Assembly: GCA_965197645.1 (NCBI GenBank)
Contig: OZ240219.1
Location: forward strand, 1,600,001-1,664,000
Direction: 5' to 3'
DNA: 64,000 nucleotides
Source: Dehalococcoidia bacterium
GTDB taxonomy: Bacteria > Chloroflexota > Dehalococcoidia > Plut-88900
The position numbers and the translations under genes are program-made. Positions 38,105-47,573 of the stretch are shown here, one piece after another (the stretch's first letter is position 1; every line of letters begins with the position of its first letter). The notes beneath the pieces are model-generated. The model made no database searches, was not told the origin of the DNA, and saw nothing but the letters and a program-made list of their open reading frames with translations.

Positions 38105-39355
38105 TTGACCCAGGAAACAGAGACGGCGCCGGCATACCGGTGGGTGGTTGTCGCCTCTATCACCGGATGTGTTGGGATGACCCTCACCGCCCTGTTCACC
38201 CTGGGACTCCTCTTACCCGACATCTCCCGGGACCTGGGCCTCTCTCTATCCCAGCAAGGGTGGCTGGCCTCCTCCGTGATCTTCGGCAATCTGGCGCTGG
38301 CCATACCCATCAACCTGCTGCTGTCCCGGTTCAAACCCTGGCGGATTGCGAGCCTATCTTTTCTTCTAGTCGGCCTCTTCACCCTGATGCAGGGCTGGTC
38401 GCCGGTGCTGGCCGTCCTGATCATAGGCAGGATCGCCACCGGCCTGGCGTTCATGGCCAGCCAGGCGCCACGAGCTCTGATCATCCAGCAGTGGACCCCC
38501 AGGGAGAAGCTGACCCAGACCAACGGCGTTCTCTACGGGACCATCGACGTGATTATGGGCTCCGCCTTCTTTGCTGTCCCGCCCCTGATGGCGTGGCTGG
38601 ACGGATGGCGAAATACGGTTTATGTAATGGGAGCCGTCTCTCTTTCACTCACCGCCGTGTGGATGGTGTTGGGACGGGAACGGGTTACGCTGGAATATCA
38701 AAGCAGGATGAAGTCTCAGACCGGGACTCCCCTGAGCACGCTCCTACGATACCCCCAGCTGTGGGTAATGGGGGCCTCCATGGTCTCGGCCATCATCGGC
38801 CAGACCGCCTTCCAGACCTTCTGGCCCACTTTTGCCCAGAACGATATGGGTATCTCCCCCTTCATCACAGGGGTTGTGCTGGGGCTTATGTCCTTCGTAG
38901 CGGCCCCTATAGACATAGGGGTGAACACTGTGCCCTGGCTGGTGAAGCGTCAGCCCCTGGTAATGGCCACCTGCGGCATCATGATTACCGGTACCTTCCT
39001 GGCCCTGCTCTACACCGATAACACCTCCCTCGTCATACTGCTCGGCGTCCTCAAAGGCACCACATCGGCCTTCTTCCCGATTCTGATGATCATGGTCTAC
39101 AGGCTGCCCGCGATCAGGCCGAGAGAGGTCGCGCTCGGGTTGGCGTTCATGCAAGTGTGCATCTGGGTAGGTTCGGGTATCGGTCCCCTCATCGTGGGGT
39201 TTATCAGCGAGGCTACCGACGACCTTCGCCTTGCCCTTCTCGTTACCGCTTTTACACCGCTGATAATGGTGTTTACCGCAGCCCTTCTGCAGATGCGGGA
39301 GTGGCCGGCGCCTCAGTCCACACCCGCCCTCGAGACCTCCGGCACCGAGGCCTGA
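38105..39355 (+). CDS. MFS transporter
   Basis: About 12 hydrophobic segments, with 'YRWVV', 'GRIATG' and 'GWR'. Start reset to TTG 38105 after AGGAGG. Confidence 0.88.
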   Translation: MTQETETAPAYRWVVVASITGCVGMTLTALFTLGLLLPDISRDLGLSLSQQGWLASSVIFGNLALAIPINLLLSRFKPWRIASLSFLLVGLFTLMQGWSPVLAVLIIGRIATGLAFMASQAPRALIIQQWTPREKLTQTNGVLYGTIDVIMGSAFFAVPPLMAWLDGWRNTVYVMGAVSLSLTAVWMVLGRERVTLEYQSRMKSQTGTPLSTLLRYPQLWVMGASMVSAIIGQTAFQTFWPTFAQNDMGISPFITGVVLGLMSFVAAPIDIGVNTVPWLVKRQPLVMATCGIMITGTFLALLYTDNTSLVILLGVLKGTTSAFFPILMIMVYRLPAIRPREVALGLAFMQVCIWVGSGIGPLIVGFISEATDDLRLALLVTAFTPLIMVFTAALLQMREWPAPQSTPALETSGTEA

Positions 39356-39414
39356 CCCGGGATGGCTCGAGGAATGTCGATATAGAGTCTGCTCCGTTTT
39401 AGCACTATAATGAG

Positions 39415-40311
39415 GTGCACCATGTTCACCGGCGAAAGCCCGCTTCTTTGAAGCCTCCGAAGATCCCAGTACTGGCTATTGGGCTTTTGGCACTGGCCCT
39501 TTTGCTGGGCCTAACAGTCCTCTCCTGCTCCGGCACCCGGTCCTCCGCAAAAGAGCTGGACGTCGCCGAGGGGGCGCCGTTCATCGCCGAAAATGTCACT
39601 TTCGTAGATATCGACGCCCTTAGAGAGGACGAGGACTTGGGCTTTCTGCTCACGGCTATCGAGGATGCCCTGGAACCTGGTCTTACCTCCGTAGGAGCAG
39701 AGATGGCCAACATCGATCGGGCCGTCACCTACCTGATAGGAGAGCAGAGGGTTGTGGTTTTGGATGGAGACATAGGTAAAGAGAAGGATGTTCGCCGGAC
39801 CCTTTCCGACTCGGGCTACCAGTCGGAGACCGTGCGTGGTGTGGACATATTGTCCGGCGAAGGGCCGGTGGGAGCCGTGGCCCCGCTGGCCTCCGATAGG
39901 CTCATCATGAGCGTCGACGCCAGGGGAATCAGCTTGAGCGTAACCGATCTGGACGATGAACGCTACTTCGGGAAGCGGATAGAGATGGGCCTCTTGCTGG
40001 CTGACCTTCCCGACGGCACGGTCATGTCACTTACTGCCAACTGTCCCATCACCGAAGCCTGTATGTCCCTGGGAATCAGCTTCAGCAGAAAGGACGCCGC
40101 TCTATCGTCCTTTACCATGGTGGCCGTATTCCCCAGCGAGTCCGAGGCGCTATCAGGAGAGGAGCAGGTGGGCTCCCTGTTCGCCCTAATTTCAAGCGCC
40201 TACCCCGTCTTTGAAACCCAGGTGATCGGCAGGCGGGTCATCATCACAGGCGATGCCGTATCTCAGAGCGTATTCGAAGGCATCGCCCGGGAGTTTGTGC
40301 TCCGGCCGTAG
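39415..40311 (+). CDS. Hypothetical lipoprotein
   Basis: Hydrophobic signal ending 'VLSC'. No family recognised and the start codon is uncertain. Confidence 0.65.
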   Translation: MHHVHRRKPASLKPPKIPVLAIGLLALALLLGLTVLSCSGTRSSAKELDVAEGAPFIAENVTFVDIDALREDEDLGFLLTAIEDALEPGLTSVGAEMANIDRAVTYLIGEQRVVVLDGDIGKEKDVRRTLSDSGYQSETVRGVDILSGEGPVGAVAPLASDRLIMSVDARGISLSVTDLDDERYFGKRIEMGLLLADLPDGTVMSLTANCPITEACMSLGISFSRKDAALSSFTMVAVFPSESEALSGEEQVGSLFALISSAYPVFETQVIGRRVIITGDAVSQSVFEGIAREFVLRP

Positions 40312-40321
40312 CCGGCGGAGG

Positions 40322-40705
40322 TTACTTCAGTTCGGCGGAGGCGCCGGCTCCCTCCAGGGTCTTCTTGACGTTGTCGGCCTCTTCCTTCGCCACGGCCTCT
40401 CTCACCGCCTTGGGCGCGCTCTCCACCAGCTCTTTGGCCTCCCGCAGGCCCAGGGTGGTAACTTCACGCACCGCCTTGATCACGTTGATCTTGTTCGGTC
40501 CGATCTCCGTCAGCATGACGTCGAACTCCACCTGCTCCTCGGCGTCGGGGGCGTCTCCATCCGCGGCTGCCGCGGGTGCGGCGGCCACTGCCACCGGAGC
40601 GGCTGCGCTGACCCCAAATTCCTCTTCTATGGCCTTTATGAGCTCGGACAGCTCCAGTACGGTCATTCCCTTGATCTGTTCCAATACTTCCTCTTTGGCT
40701 GCCAT
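40322..40705 (-). CDS. rplL: 50S ribosomal protein L7/L12
   Basis: '[25 protein letters not shown]' and '[21 protein letters not shown]'. Confidence 0.98.
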   Translation of the reverse strand: MAAKEEVLEQIKGMTVLELSELIKAIEEEFGVSAAAPVAVAAAPAAAADGDAPDAEEQVEFDVMLTEIGPNKINVIKAVREVTTLGLREAKELVESAPKAVREAVAKEEADNVKKTLEGAGASAELK

Positions 40706-40724
40706 CGGGACCTCCTCTTGCCAG

Positions 40725-41255
40725 CTACGATTGGTTCTCTTCGATTTGCGATAGTCTCGCGTTCAACGCCGTGACCAGACCTCTCAGCTGAGAGCTCAAT
40801 ACCGACTGCAGGGCGTACAGTGGCCCCTGTAACGCCGCCAGCGACTGGGCGATCAGCACGTCTCTGGTGGGCAGGGTCGCCAGTGTCTCCACCTGGGCTG
40901 CAGCCAGCACCTGCCCGTCCATCAGCCCACCCTTTATGGAGAGGGCGCTTCGCTCCGAGCGGATGTGGGACCTGAGGACCTTTGGGGCCTCGGTGATCTC
41001 GTCGTACCCGAAGGCCAGGGCCGTGGGCCCATCGAGAAACTCGCCGAGAAGCTCCTTTCCCTCCTGCTGTGCCGCCCGCAGGGCCAGGGTGTTCTTGACG
41101 ACCCGGTACTCGATGTCCTTCTCTCTGAGCCTGGAGCGGAGCAGGTTCATCTCGGCCGTTCTAATGCCCCGGTAGTCGGTGGCCACCGCTATGGTGCAAC
41201 GAGACAGCCGGTCCGCTATCAGCTTTACCTCTTGTTCCTTCTTTTCTGTAGGCAT
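40725..41255 (-). CDS. rplJ: 50S ribosomal protein L10
   Basis: 'DYRG', 'VVKNTL', 'GPTALAF' and 'LATLPTR'. Confidence 0.97.
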   Translation of the reverse strand: MPTEKKEQEVKLIADRLSRCTIAVATDYRGIRTAEMNLLRSRLREKDIEYRVVKNTLALRAAQQEGKELLGEFLDGPTALAFGYDEITEAPKVLRSHIRSERSALSIKGGLMDGQVLAAAQVETLATLPTRDVLIAQSLAALQGPLYALQSVLSSQLRGLVTALNARLSQIEENQS

Positions 41256-41282
41256 TTGCGTGTCCCCGTACTCCCGGGCTAA

Positions 41283-41435
41283 TAAACAATACCCCCGAGA
41301 CGGCTACTCAGGGGTTTCGGTTGGCGTCACAGACCCGCGTGTCGAATGACGTGCGGTCCTGCCTGTCTTTCCTTGCCTGAGCGGGCTGCCGGTTTAAGGC
41401 TCCTATCCATGAGCCGCCCACCGTCTTGGGCTTTC
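41283..41435 (-). ncRNA. Ribosomal protein L10 leader (autoregulatory)
   Basis: Lies in the rplA-rplJ gap. Minus strand AAGACGGTGGGC...TTAAA...GCCCGCTCAGG core, then the hairpin CCCCTGAG/CTCGGGGG with a U-rich tail. Confidence 0.7.
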
Positions 41436-41451
41436 GGTGTTCTGTTGTTAT

Positions 41452-42165
41452 CTAGTCAGGCGACATCTCCAGGGCTAATGCAAGGTCCAGCTTTATCCCC
41501 GGCCCTTGGGTAGTGCACAACGAGATTTTTCTCACATACTGGCCCTTGGCGCCGCTGGGCTTGGCCTTTACCACCGAATCGACCAACGTGGAGACGTTCT
41601 CCAGCAACTGCTCCTTCTCGAAGCTCACCTTGCCCACCGGCGCGTGGATCACGGCCGTCCTGTCCAGCCGGAACTCGATTTTGCCCTTGCGGGCGTCCGA
41701 TACTGCCTTGCCTATGTCTCCGGGCTGCACCACGGTTCCGGACTTGGGGTTGGGCATCAGCCCTCTGCGGCCCAGCACCTTACCCAGCTTTCCTATCTTG
41801 CTCATCATGTCCGGGGTGGCTATGGCGGTGTCGAACTCTATCCAGCCCCCTTCGATCTTCTTGATCAGATCGTCCGCACCGATGATGTCCGCACCCGCTT
41901 CTTCGGCCGCCGTGGCAGCTTCACCCTGGGCGAATACCAGCACTCTCACCTGTTTCCCCGTGCCGTGGGGTAGCAGCGATAGGCCCCGGACCTGCTGGTC
42001 CGCGTGCCTGGGGTCCAGGCCCATGCGTATGTGGACCTCCACCGTCTCGTCGAACTTGGACTTGGCGGCGGTCTGAGCCAGGTCTATCGCCTCTTCCAGC
42101 GGATATGTCCTGGAGCTGTTTACCAGCGCGGCCGCGTCCGTGTATTTCTTACCTCTTTTCGCCAT
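41452..42165 (-). CDS. rplA: 50S ribosomal protein L1
   Basis: 'KFDETVE', 'LPHGTGK' and '[11 protein letters not shown]'. Confidence 0.98.
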   Translation of the reverse strand: MAKRGKKYTDAAALVNSSRTYPLEEAIDLAQTAAKSKFDETVEVHIRMGLDPRHADQQVRGLSLLPHGTGKQVRVLVFAQGEAATAAEEAGADIIGADDLIKKIEGGWIEFDTAIATPDMMSKIGKLGKVLGRRGLMPNPKSGTVVQPGDIGKAVSDARKGKIEFRLDRTAVIHAPVGKVSFEKEQLLENVSTLVDSVVKAKPSGAKGQYVRKISLCTTQGPGIKLDLALALEMSPD

Positions 42166-42171
42166 ATCTGT

Positions 42172-42594
42172 TTACACCACCTCTATTCCCATGCTGCGAG
42201 CCGTGCCTTCCACTATCCGCATCGCCCCTTCGACGTCTTTGGCGTTCAAGTCATTGAGCTTTAGCTCGGCTATCTCCTTGATCTGGTCACGGGTCACCTG
42301 CCCCACTATCTCCTGGCCAACCTCGCCAGCCCCCTTCTCAATGTCGGCGGCGCTCTTGAGCAGCGCCGATGCTGGAGGAGTCTTAGTAACGAATGCGAAG
42401 GAGTTGTCCTGGAATATCGTCAACTCCACCGGAATGATAGAGCCTGCCTGGTTGGCGGTGCGGGAGTTGTACTCCTTGCAGAAGGCCATGATGTTGACGC
42501 CGTGCTGCCCCAGGGCCGGACCTACAGGGGGCGCCGGGGTGGCCTTCCCCGCCTCTATCTGAAGTTTGAGTATGGCTTTGATTCGCTTGGCCAA
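42172..42594 (-). CDS. rplK: 50S ribosomal protein L11
   Basis: '[31 protein letters not shown]' and 'GTARSMG'. Confidence 0.98.
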   Translation of the reverse strand: MAKRIKAILKLQIEAGKATPAPPVGPALGQHGVNIMAFCKEYNSRTANQAGSIIPVELTIFQDNSFAFVTKTPPASALLKSAADIEKGAGEVGQEIVGQVTRDQIKEIAELKLNDLNAKDVEGAMRIVEGTARSMGIEVV

Positions 42595-42606
42595 GTTGGG
42601 ACTCCC

Positions 42607-43173
42607 TTAGAGCTTCTCGACCTGCAGGTAGTCCAACTCGACGCCCGTGTCCCGACCGAAGAATGAAACCAGCACCTTGATCTTTCCCTTATCGGGGTAG
42701 AGCTCGTCCACCGAGCCGATGAACTCGGCGAAGGGCCCATCGATGATGCGGATCCGCTCGCCCTTCTGCAGCCCAACCTTGACTCTGGGGGCCTCTTCTT
42801 CCATCTGCTTCAGGATGCCGCTGACTTCGCTGTCGTCCAGGGGCACCGGCTTTGGCGGGTCCCCAGACGTAACGAAGCCGGTAACCCCGGGCGTGTTCCT
42901 CACTACGTGCCAGCTGTTATCGGAGAGCACCATGTTTACCAGGATATATCCGGGGAACACCTTCTTCTCGACGGTGCGCCGCTGTCCCTCGCGGATGTCC
43001 AGCTCCTCTTCGGTCGGCACCAGCACCTCGAAGATCTCGTCGCTGGCATCCATAGAGTCGATGCGATGGTCCAGGTTCTTCTTCACCCTGTCCTCGTAGC
43101 CTGCATAGGTGTGGACCACGTACCACAGCTGGTTTTCGACCGTCGTCTTTACGTCGGATTGCTTAGTAGTCAT
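42607..43173 (-). CDS. nusG: Transcription termination/antitermination factor NusG
   Basis: 'WYVVHTYAGYE', 'FPGYILV', 'VRNTPGVTGFV' and KOW 'IIDGPF'. Confidence 0.98.
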   Translation of the reverse strand: MTTKQSDVKTTVENQLWYVVHTYAGYEDRVKKNLDHRIDSMDASDEIFEVLVPTEEELDIREGQRRTVEKKVFPGYILVNMVLSDNSWHVVRNTPGVTGFVTSGDPPKPVPLDDSEVSGILKQMEEEAPRVKVGLQKGERIRIIDGPFAEFIGSVDELYPDKGKIKVLVSFFGRDTGVELDYLQVEKL

Positions 43174-43202
43174 GGCAGCTCATTCTCTCCGGTTTATCAA
43201 TC

Positions 43203-43433
43203 CTAGAATAGCAGGAAATTGGCTATGGTGGAGAATGCCTCGTCCACCAGGCCCAGCAGGATGCCCATTGCCACTGAGACGATGAGCACCATAGTGGTCA
43301 GCCGTTTGGTCTCCTCTTTCGTCGGCCACGATACCTTTCTAAGCTCGGAGATCACCTCTCCTATAAACCGGAACCGCTCCAGGATCGGCCAGCGCTCGCT
43401 CATCCTCTCCCGAGATGGGATGTACTGTCGCAC
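43203..43433 (-). CDS. secE: Preprotein translocase subunit SecE
   Basis: 'ELRKVSWPT' plus a single TM helix. Confidence 0.95.
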   Translation of the reverse strand: MRQYIPSRERMSERWPILERFRFIGEVISELRKVSWPTKEETKRLTTMVLIVSVAMGILLGLVDEAFSTIANFLLF

Positions 43434-43600
43434 TATCGGGTCTCCCTGTGCGGGCGCTTACCGCGGCAGCGAGGGCAGTACTTGGACAGTTCGAGCCGGT
43501 CCTGGTTGTTCCTTCTGTTCTTGGTAGTCGTGTAGTTCCGCTCCCTGCAATCGCCGCAGGCCAGGGTCACAAATATCCGGTTGTCGCCTCTTTTAGCCAT
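43433..43600 (-). CDS. rpmG: 50S ribosomal protein L33 (Zn-ribbon type)
   Basis: Hand translation [55 protein letters not shown]. Not in the ORF track; its stop overlaps the secE GTG. Confidence 0.96.
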   Translation of the reverse strand: MAKRGDNRIFVTLACGDCRERNYTTTKNRRNNQDRLELSKYCPRCRGKRPHRETR

Positions 43601-43645
43601 GGTCCCTCTCCCTGACTGGCCCTCTCCCTATCCTGGGATGCACCG

Positions 43646-44851
43646 TCAATCGATGATGTTGGTGATTACCCCCGCTCCCACCGTCCTTCCGCCTTCACGT
43701 ATGGCGAACCTGAGCTCAGGTTCCAGTGCCACGGGCGTAATCAGCTTCAGTTTCATAGTGACGTTGTCTCCGGGCATGATCATCTCCATGCCCTCCGGAA
43801 GCCCTATCTCGCCTGTGACGTCCGTGGTCCGGATGTAGAACTGGGGTTTGTAGCCATCGAAGAAGGGCGTATGCCGTCCTCCCTCGTCCTTGGTCAGCAC
43901 GTAGACCTCGGCCTCGGAGGTGACGTGAGGGGTGATGGAGCCGGGGGCGGCCAGCACCTGGCCACGCTCCACGTCATCGCGCTCGACCCCGCGCAACAGA
44001 CAACCCACAGCGTCTCCGGGCTCGGCATAGTCCAGGGTCTTGTGGAACATCTCCACCCCGGTGACGACCGTCTTGTTCGTCTCTCCGAATCCCACGATCT
44101 CTATGGTGTCGCCGGTCTTGACCGTGCCACGCTCTACCCGACCCGTAACCACCGTTCCCCTGCCTTTGATGCCAAACACGTCCTCGATGGGCATGAGGAA
44201 GGGCAACTCGCTGGGGCGTTCCGGGGTGGGGATGTAGCTATCGACCGATTCCATCAGCTCCAGGATCGGCTTGTACTCGTCGGCGTTCGCGTCGGTGGAC
44301 TCGCTCTCCAGGGCCTGCAGAGCGCTACCCCGAACGATGGGGATGTCCTCCCCTGGGAAGTCGTACTTGGAGAGAAGCTCCCTCAGCTCCAGCTCGACAA
44401 GTTCCAGCAGTTCGGGGTCATCCATCTGGTCGGTCTTGTTGAGGAACACCACCATGGAGGGCACCTGCACCTGTCGCGCCAGGAGGATGTGCTCACGGGT
44501 CTGGGGCATGGGCCCATCGGGAGCGCTCACCACCAGGATGGCCCCGTCCATCTGGGCCGCGCCGGTAATCATGTTCTTGATGTAGTCGGCGTGACCCGGG
44601 CAGTCTACGTGGGCGTAATGGCGGTTATTCGTCTCGTACTCCACGTGGGTAATGGCTATAGTCAGGCCCCGCTCCTTCTCTTCCGGAGCGTTGTCTATAG
44701 AGTCGTAAGTACGGAACTCGGTCTTGTCCGCGCCTGACATGGTAAGCACCTTGGTGATAGCCGCCGTCAGGGTGGTCTTGCCGTGGTCCACATGCCCGAT
44801 TGTGCCCACGTTGGCGTGGGGCTTGGTCCGCTGAAATACCTCTTTAGCCAT
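43646..44851 (-). CDS. tuf: Elongation factor Tu
   Basis: [12 protein letters not shown], 'GHVDHGKTT', '[15 protein letters not shown]' and 'NKTD'. Start reset to 44851. Confidence 0.99.
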   Translation of the reverse strand: MAKEVFQRTKPHANVGTIGHVDHGKTTLTAAITKVLTMSGADKTEFRTYDSIDNAPEEKERGLTIAITHVEYETNNRHYAHVDCPGHADYIKNMITGAAQMDGAILVVSAPDGPMPQTREHILLARQVQVPSMVVFLNKTDQMDDPELLELVELELRELLSKYDFPGEDIPIVRGSALQALESESTDANADEYKPILELMESVDSYIPTPERPSELPFLMPIEDVFGIKGRGTVVTGRVERGTVKTGDTIEIVGFGETNKTVVTGVEMFHKTLDYAEPGDAVGCLLRGVERDDVERGQVLAAPGSITPHVTSEAEVYVLTKDEGGRHTPFFDGYKPQFYIRTTDVTGEIGLPEGMEMIMPGDNVTMKLKLITPVALEPELRFAIREGGRTVGAGVITNIID

Positions 44852-44869
44852 TGCTCTCGTCCTCCCGAA

Positions 44870-44944
44870 TGGAGCCCACAACCAGATTCGAACTGGTGAC
44901 CCCGTTCTTACCAAGAACGTGCTCTACCACTGAGCTATGTGGGC
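44870..44944 (-). tRNA. tRNA-Thr(GGT)
   Basis: GCCCACATAGCTCAGTGGTAGAGCACGTTCTTGGTAAGAACGGGGTCACCAGTTCGAATCTGGTTGTGGGCTCCA folds as a cloverleaf with encoded CCA. Confidence 0.97.
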
Positions 44945-44972
44945 CTTGCCTATTTTGAATACCTATTATTGC

Positions 44973-45058
44973 TGGTGGAGGGGGTAGGATTCGAACCTAC
45001 GTAGCCTTTCGGCAGCGATTTTACAGACCGCCGGTTTTAACCACTCACCCACCCCTCC
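44973..45058 (-). tRNA. tRNA-Tyr(GTA)
   Basis: GGAGGGG acceptor stem, anticodon loop CTGTAAA, long variable arm, GTTCGAATC T-loop and CCA end. Confidence 0.97.
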
Positions 45059-45122
45059 AAAATCGTTCACTCTGCTCCTTCTGCTGGGCAGTGCGCCGAA
45101 GCCAAGGGGCGCTCCTCGCTCC

Positions 45123-45240
45123 AGTATATCCTACAATACCTGGCTGTAAAATACCTTCTGCCAAGTGCGCAGAAGGTATAGTTCAGAACATACCGTACTA
45201 ATCCAAAACCAGTATAGGAAACATGCCTGCGGAAAGTCAA
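45123..45240 (-). promoter_or_regulatory. Tandem promoters of the tRNA-tuf operon
   Basis: TTGACT-N18-TATACT (45211-45240) and TTTACA-N16-TATACT (45123-45150). Confidence 0.6.
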
Positions 45241-45336
45241 CCCTGGAGGGTTCCGACACGTTGTTACCCCGCCCGATCGTGATAGAATAGACCACCCCGT
45301 CACAACACCGACGCAGGCGTCATAGGAGGTCTTTAC

Positions 45337-46530
45337 ATGCGATTCGATGGCAACGTTTACTACCACGAGTTGGAGACCTACCCCGTAGATGTCATGATGG
45401 ACGAGTGGCGAGAGACGGCCCGATTCCTCGATCAGGCTGGTTTCACCGGCATTTGGATAGGAGAGCACCACTTCTGGCACGGCGGCTACCCGGTGGCCGC
45501 ACCCAATCCCGTTCTCATCGGCACTCACCTCGCCTCGGTAACCGAGAAGCTTCGGGTGGCACAGAGCGCCTGCATCCTTCCCGACCACAATCCCATCCGG
45601 CTGGCCGAGGACCTGGCGATGCTGGACCAGATCACCCGGGGAAGGCTGGACGTGGGAATCGCCCGGGGCACGAACAGCTCGGCCAGCATCCAGTTTAACG
45701 TCAACGCCGATAGGCGGGACCAGGAGACCAACTACGCCCTCTTCGCCGAGACCCTGGACATCCTGATCAAGGCCTGGACACAGGACGCCTTCAGTCACCA
45801 GGGCCGGTTCTACACATATCCCGTTCCGGGCTGGAGCGAATCCGATCCTCGCCTCTACGCAGGCGACTCGGTCCACTACGGGCCGGATGGGGAGCTCATC
45901 GCTCTCGGACTCATGCCCAAACCGTACCAGAAGCCCCATCCGCCCATCTATCAGGCCGCCGACTCGACGGCATCCTACGCCTTCGCCGCTGAGCGGGGTA
46001 TTGCCACCACAGCCTTCGGACGTTCCTTCGAAGCCCTGCGGGAGGCATGGACCACCTACAAAGAGACGGCGTCCCGGATTCACGGCCGCGATATCCCCAT
46101 GGGGGAAACCGCCGATGGGCATACCCTCAACGTCATGAGACTGTTTCACATCGCCGAGAGCCAGGAGCAGGCCGAAGCGGAGGCCCGGGACGGAGTAAAC
46201 GACTTCTTCAGCATCGCCACCGGGCTAAGCGACAACTGGGCCAGGAAGGGGATCGTCGCCGCCGACGAGGAGCTTACCGACGATGACATGAACGATAACT
46301 GGTTCGATTTTCTCCTCAAGCGGGACATGCTCTGGGTGGGCACCCCCGACTTCGTGACCGAGAAGATAGAGCGCCTGCGCTCGGAGCTCAACTGTCGACA
46401 CGTGACCCTCTGGCCCAACCCGGGGTACATCCCCTTCAGCAAGGTGCTCCGGGGCATGGAGCTCTTCGCCGAGCGGGTCATACCCCACTTCGAAAAGGAA
46501 GAGGTGGCCGCCCCTCGGGTCGGCTCTTGA
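45337..46530 (+). CDS. Luciferase-like (LLM) flavin-dependent monooxygenase
   Basis: 'WIGEHHF', 'PIRLAEDLAMLDQITRGRLDVGIARG', 'PKPYQKPHPPI' and 'VGTPD'. Confidence 0.93.
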   Translation: MRFDGNVYYHELETYPVDVMMDEWRETARFLDQAGFTGIWIGEHHFWHGGYPVAAPNPVLIGTHLASVTEKLRVAQSACILPDHNPIRLAEDLAMLDQITRGRLDVGIARGTNSSASIQFNVNADRRDQETNYALFAETLDILIKAWTQDAFSHQGRFYTYPVPGWSESDPRLYAGDSVHYGPDGELIALGLMPKPYQKPHPPIYQAADSTASYAFAAERGIATTAFGRSFEALREAWTTYKETASRIHGRDIPMGETADGHTLNVMRLFHIAESQEQAEAEARDGVNDFFSIATGLSDNWARKGIVAADEELTDDDMNDNWFDFLLKRDMLWVGTPDFVTEKIERLRSELNCRHVTLWPNPGYIPFSKVLRGMELFAERVIPHFEKEEVAAPRVGS

Positions 46531-47540
46531 AGGTGCAACCTATGAACAACGATAGAGTCCTGGTAGTCGATGGCGCCGAGCACCACAGGTGGGACCGTGA
46601 GGTGCTCGAAATGGTCCGCGCCGGCGACATCTCCGCCGTCAACGTCACCTGCTCCATCTGGGAAAACGCCAGAGAGACCCTCGAGATACTGGGACACTGG
46701 AACCGACGGTTGGAGGAGCATTCCGACCTGATCGTCAAGGCCGATACCCCCGACGACATCAGGTCGGCTTATGAGCAGGAGAAGACGGCCATTGTCCTGG
46801 GTTTCCAAAACACCTCGCCCATCGAGGACAACATCGATTTCGTGGGCATATTCTCCAGCCTCGGGGTTCGCATCATGCAGCTCACCTACAACACCCAGAA
46901 CCTGGTGGGTAGCGGCTGCTACGAGCCCGAGGACACCGGCCTCTCCACCTTCGGACGCGACGTCATCAGAGAGATGAACCGGCACGGCGTTCTGGTCGAT
47001 CTCTCCCATACCGGCGAACGCACATCCATGGACGCCATCGAGGTCTCATCCCACCCCGTCGCCATTACCCACGCCAACCCAAGGTTCATCAAGCAGACCC
47101 AGCGCAACAAGTCCGACGACATGCTTCGTGCCCTGGCCGACTCGGGAGGCGTCATCGGCCTGGCCGCCTATCCCCATCTCTTCGCCTATGACGCCACGGT
47201 GGAGCAGTTCTGCGAGATGGTGGACCGCACCGTGGACCTGATGGGGGTGGAGCACGTGGGCATCGGCACCGATCAGCACCTGGGTTTCTCCGCCGAGGAG
47301 AAGAAGTTCTGGGTACAGGGCAGGTTCTCCAGGTCAGTGCCGTCCTTCATGAGCGCCCAGGGCTTTCTAGCCGACGATTGGGACGGCGAAGATGTCGAGT
47401 GGGCCAGCTGGATCGAGACACCGGCGGGCATGCCCAACATCGTTCGAGGCCTGCGTGAGCACGGGTTCAGCCCCGAGGAGGTGGAAGCTATCATGGGAGG
47501 CAATTTCCTCCGCGTGTTCGAGCAGGTCTTCCCCAAGTAG
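46527..47540 (+). CDS. Membrane (renal) dipeptidase M19-like amidohydrolase
   Basis: 'GVRIMQLTYN', 'VDLSH', 'ITHANP', 'RNKSD', 'HVGIGTD' and 'MGGNFLRV'. Confidence 0.88.
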   Translation: MKVQPMNNDRVLVVDGAEHHRWDREVLEMVRAGDISAVNVTCSIWENARETLEILGHWNRRLEEHSDLIVKADTPDDIRSAYEQEKTAIVLGFQNTSPIEDNIDFVGIFSSLGVRIMQLTYNTQNLVGSGCYEPEDTGLSTFGRDVIREMNRHGVLVDLSHTGERTSMDAIEVSSHPVAITHANPRFIKQTQRNKSDDMLRALADSGGVIGLAAYPHLFAYDATVEQFCEMVDRTVDLMGVEHVGIGTDQHLGFSAEEKKFWVQGRFSRSVPSFMSAQGFLADDWDGEDVEWASWIETPAGMPNIVRGLREHGFSPEEVEAIMGGNFLRVFEQVFPK

Positions 47541-47573
47541 TACCCGGCCCACGGCGTACCTACAGGTCACCCG

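Noticed and set aside
44852-44914. N-terminal extension of EF-Tu in the ORF track (similar extensions on the acyl-CoA dehydrogenase, epimerase, asd, radA and nfo)
   Set aside because: It overlaps tRNA-Thr, and the other extensions mostly overlap neighbouring genes. Downstream starts match the family N-termini, most with an SD.
45180-45200. LexA/SOS box-like GAAC...GTAC
   Set aside because: The spacing is 5 rather than 4 nt, and it is not upstream of a repair gene.
44870-47540. tRNA-anchored genomic island or prophage
   Set aside because: No integrase and no duplicated tRNA 3' end. The adjacent genes lie upstream of the tRNAs and have host-like composition.
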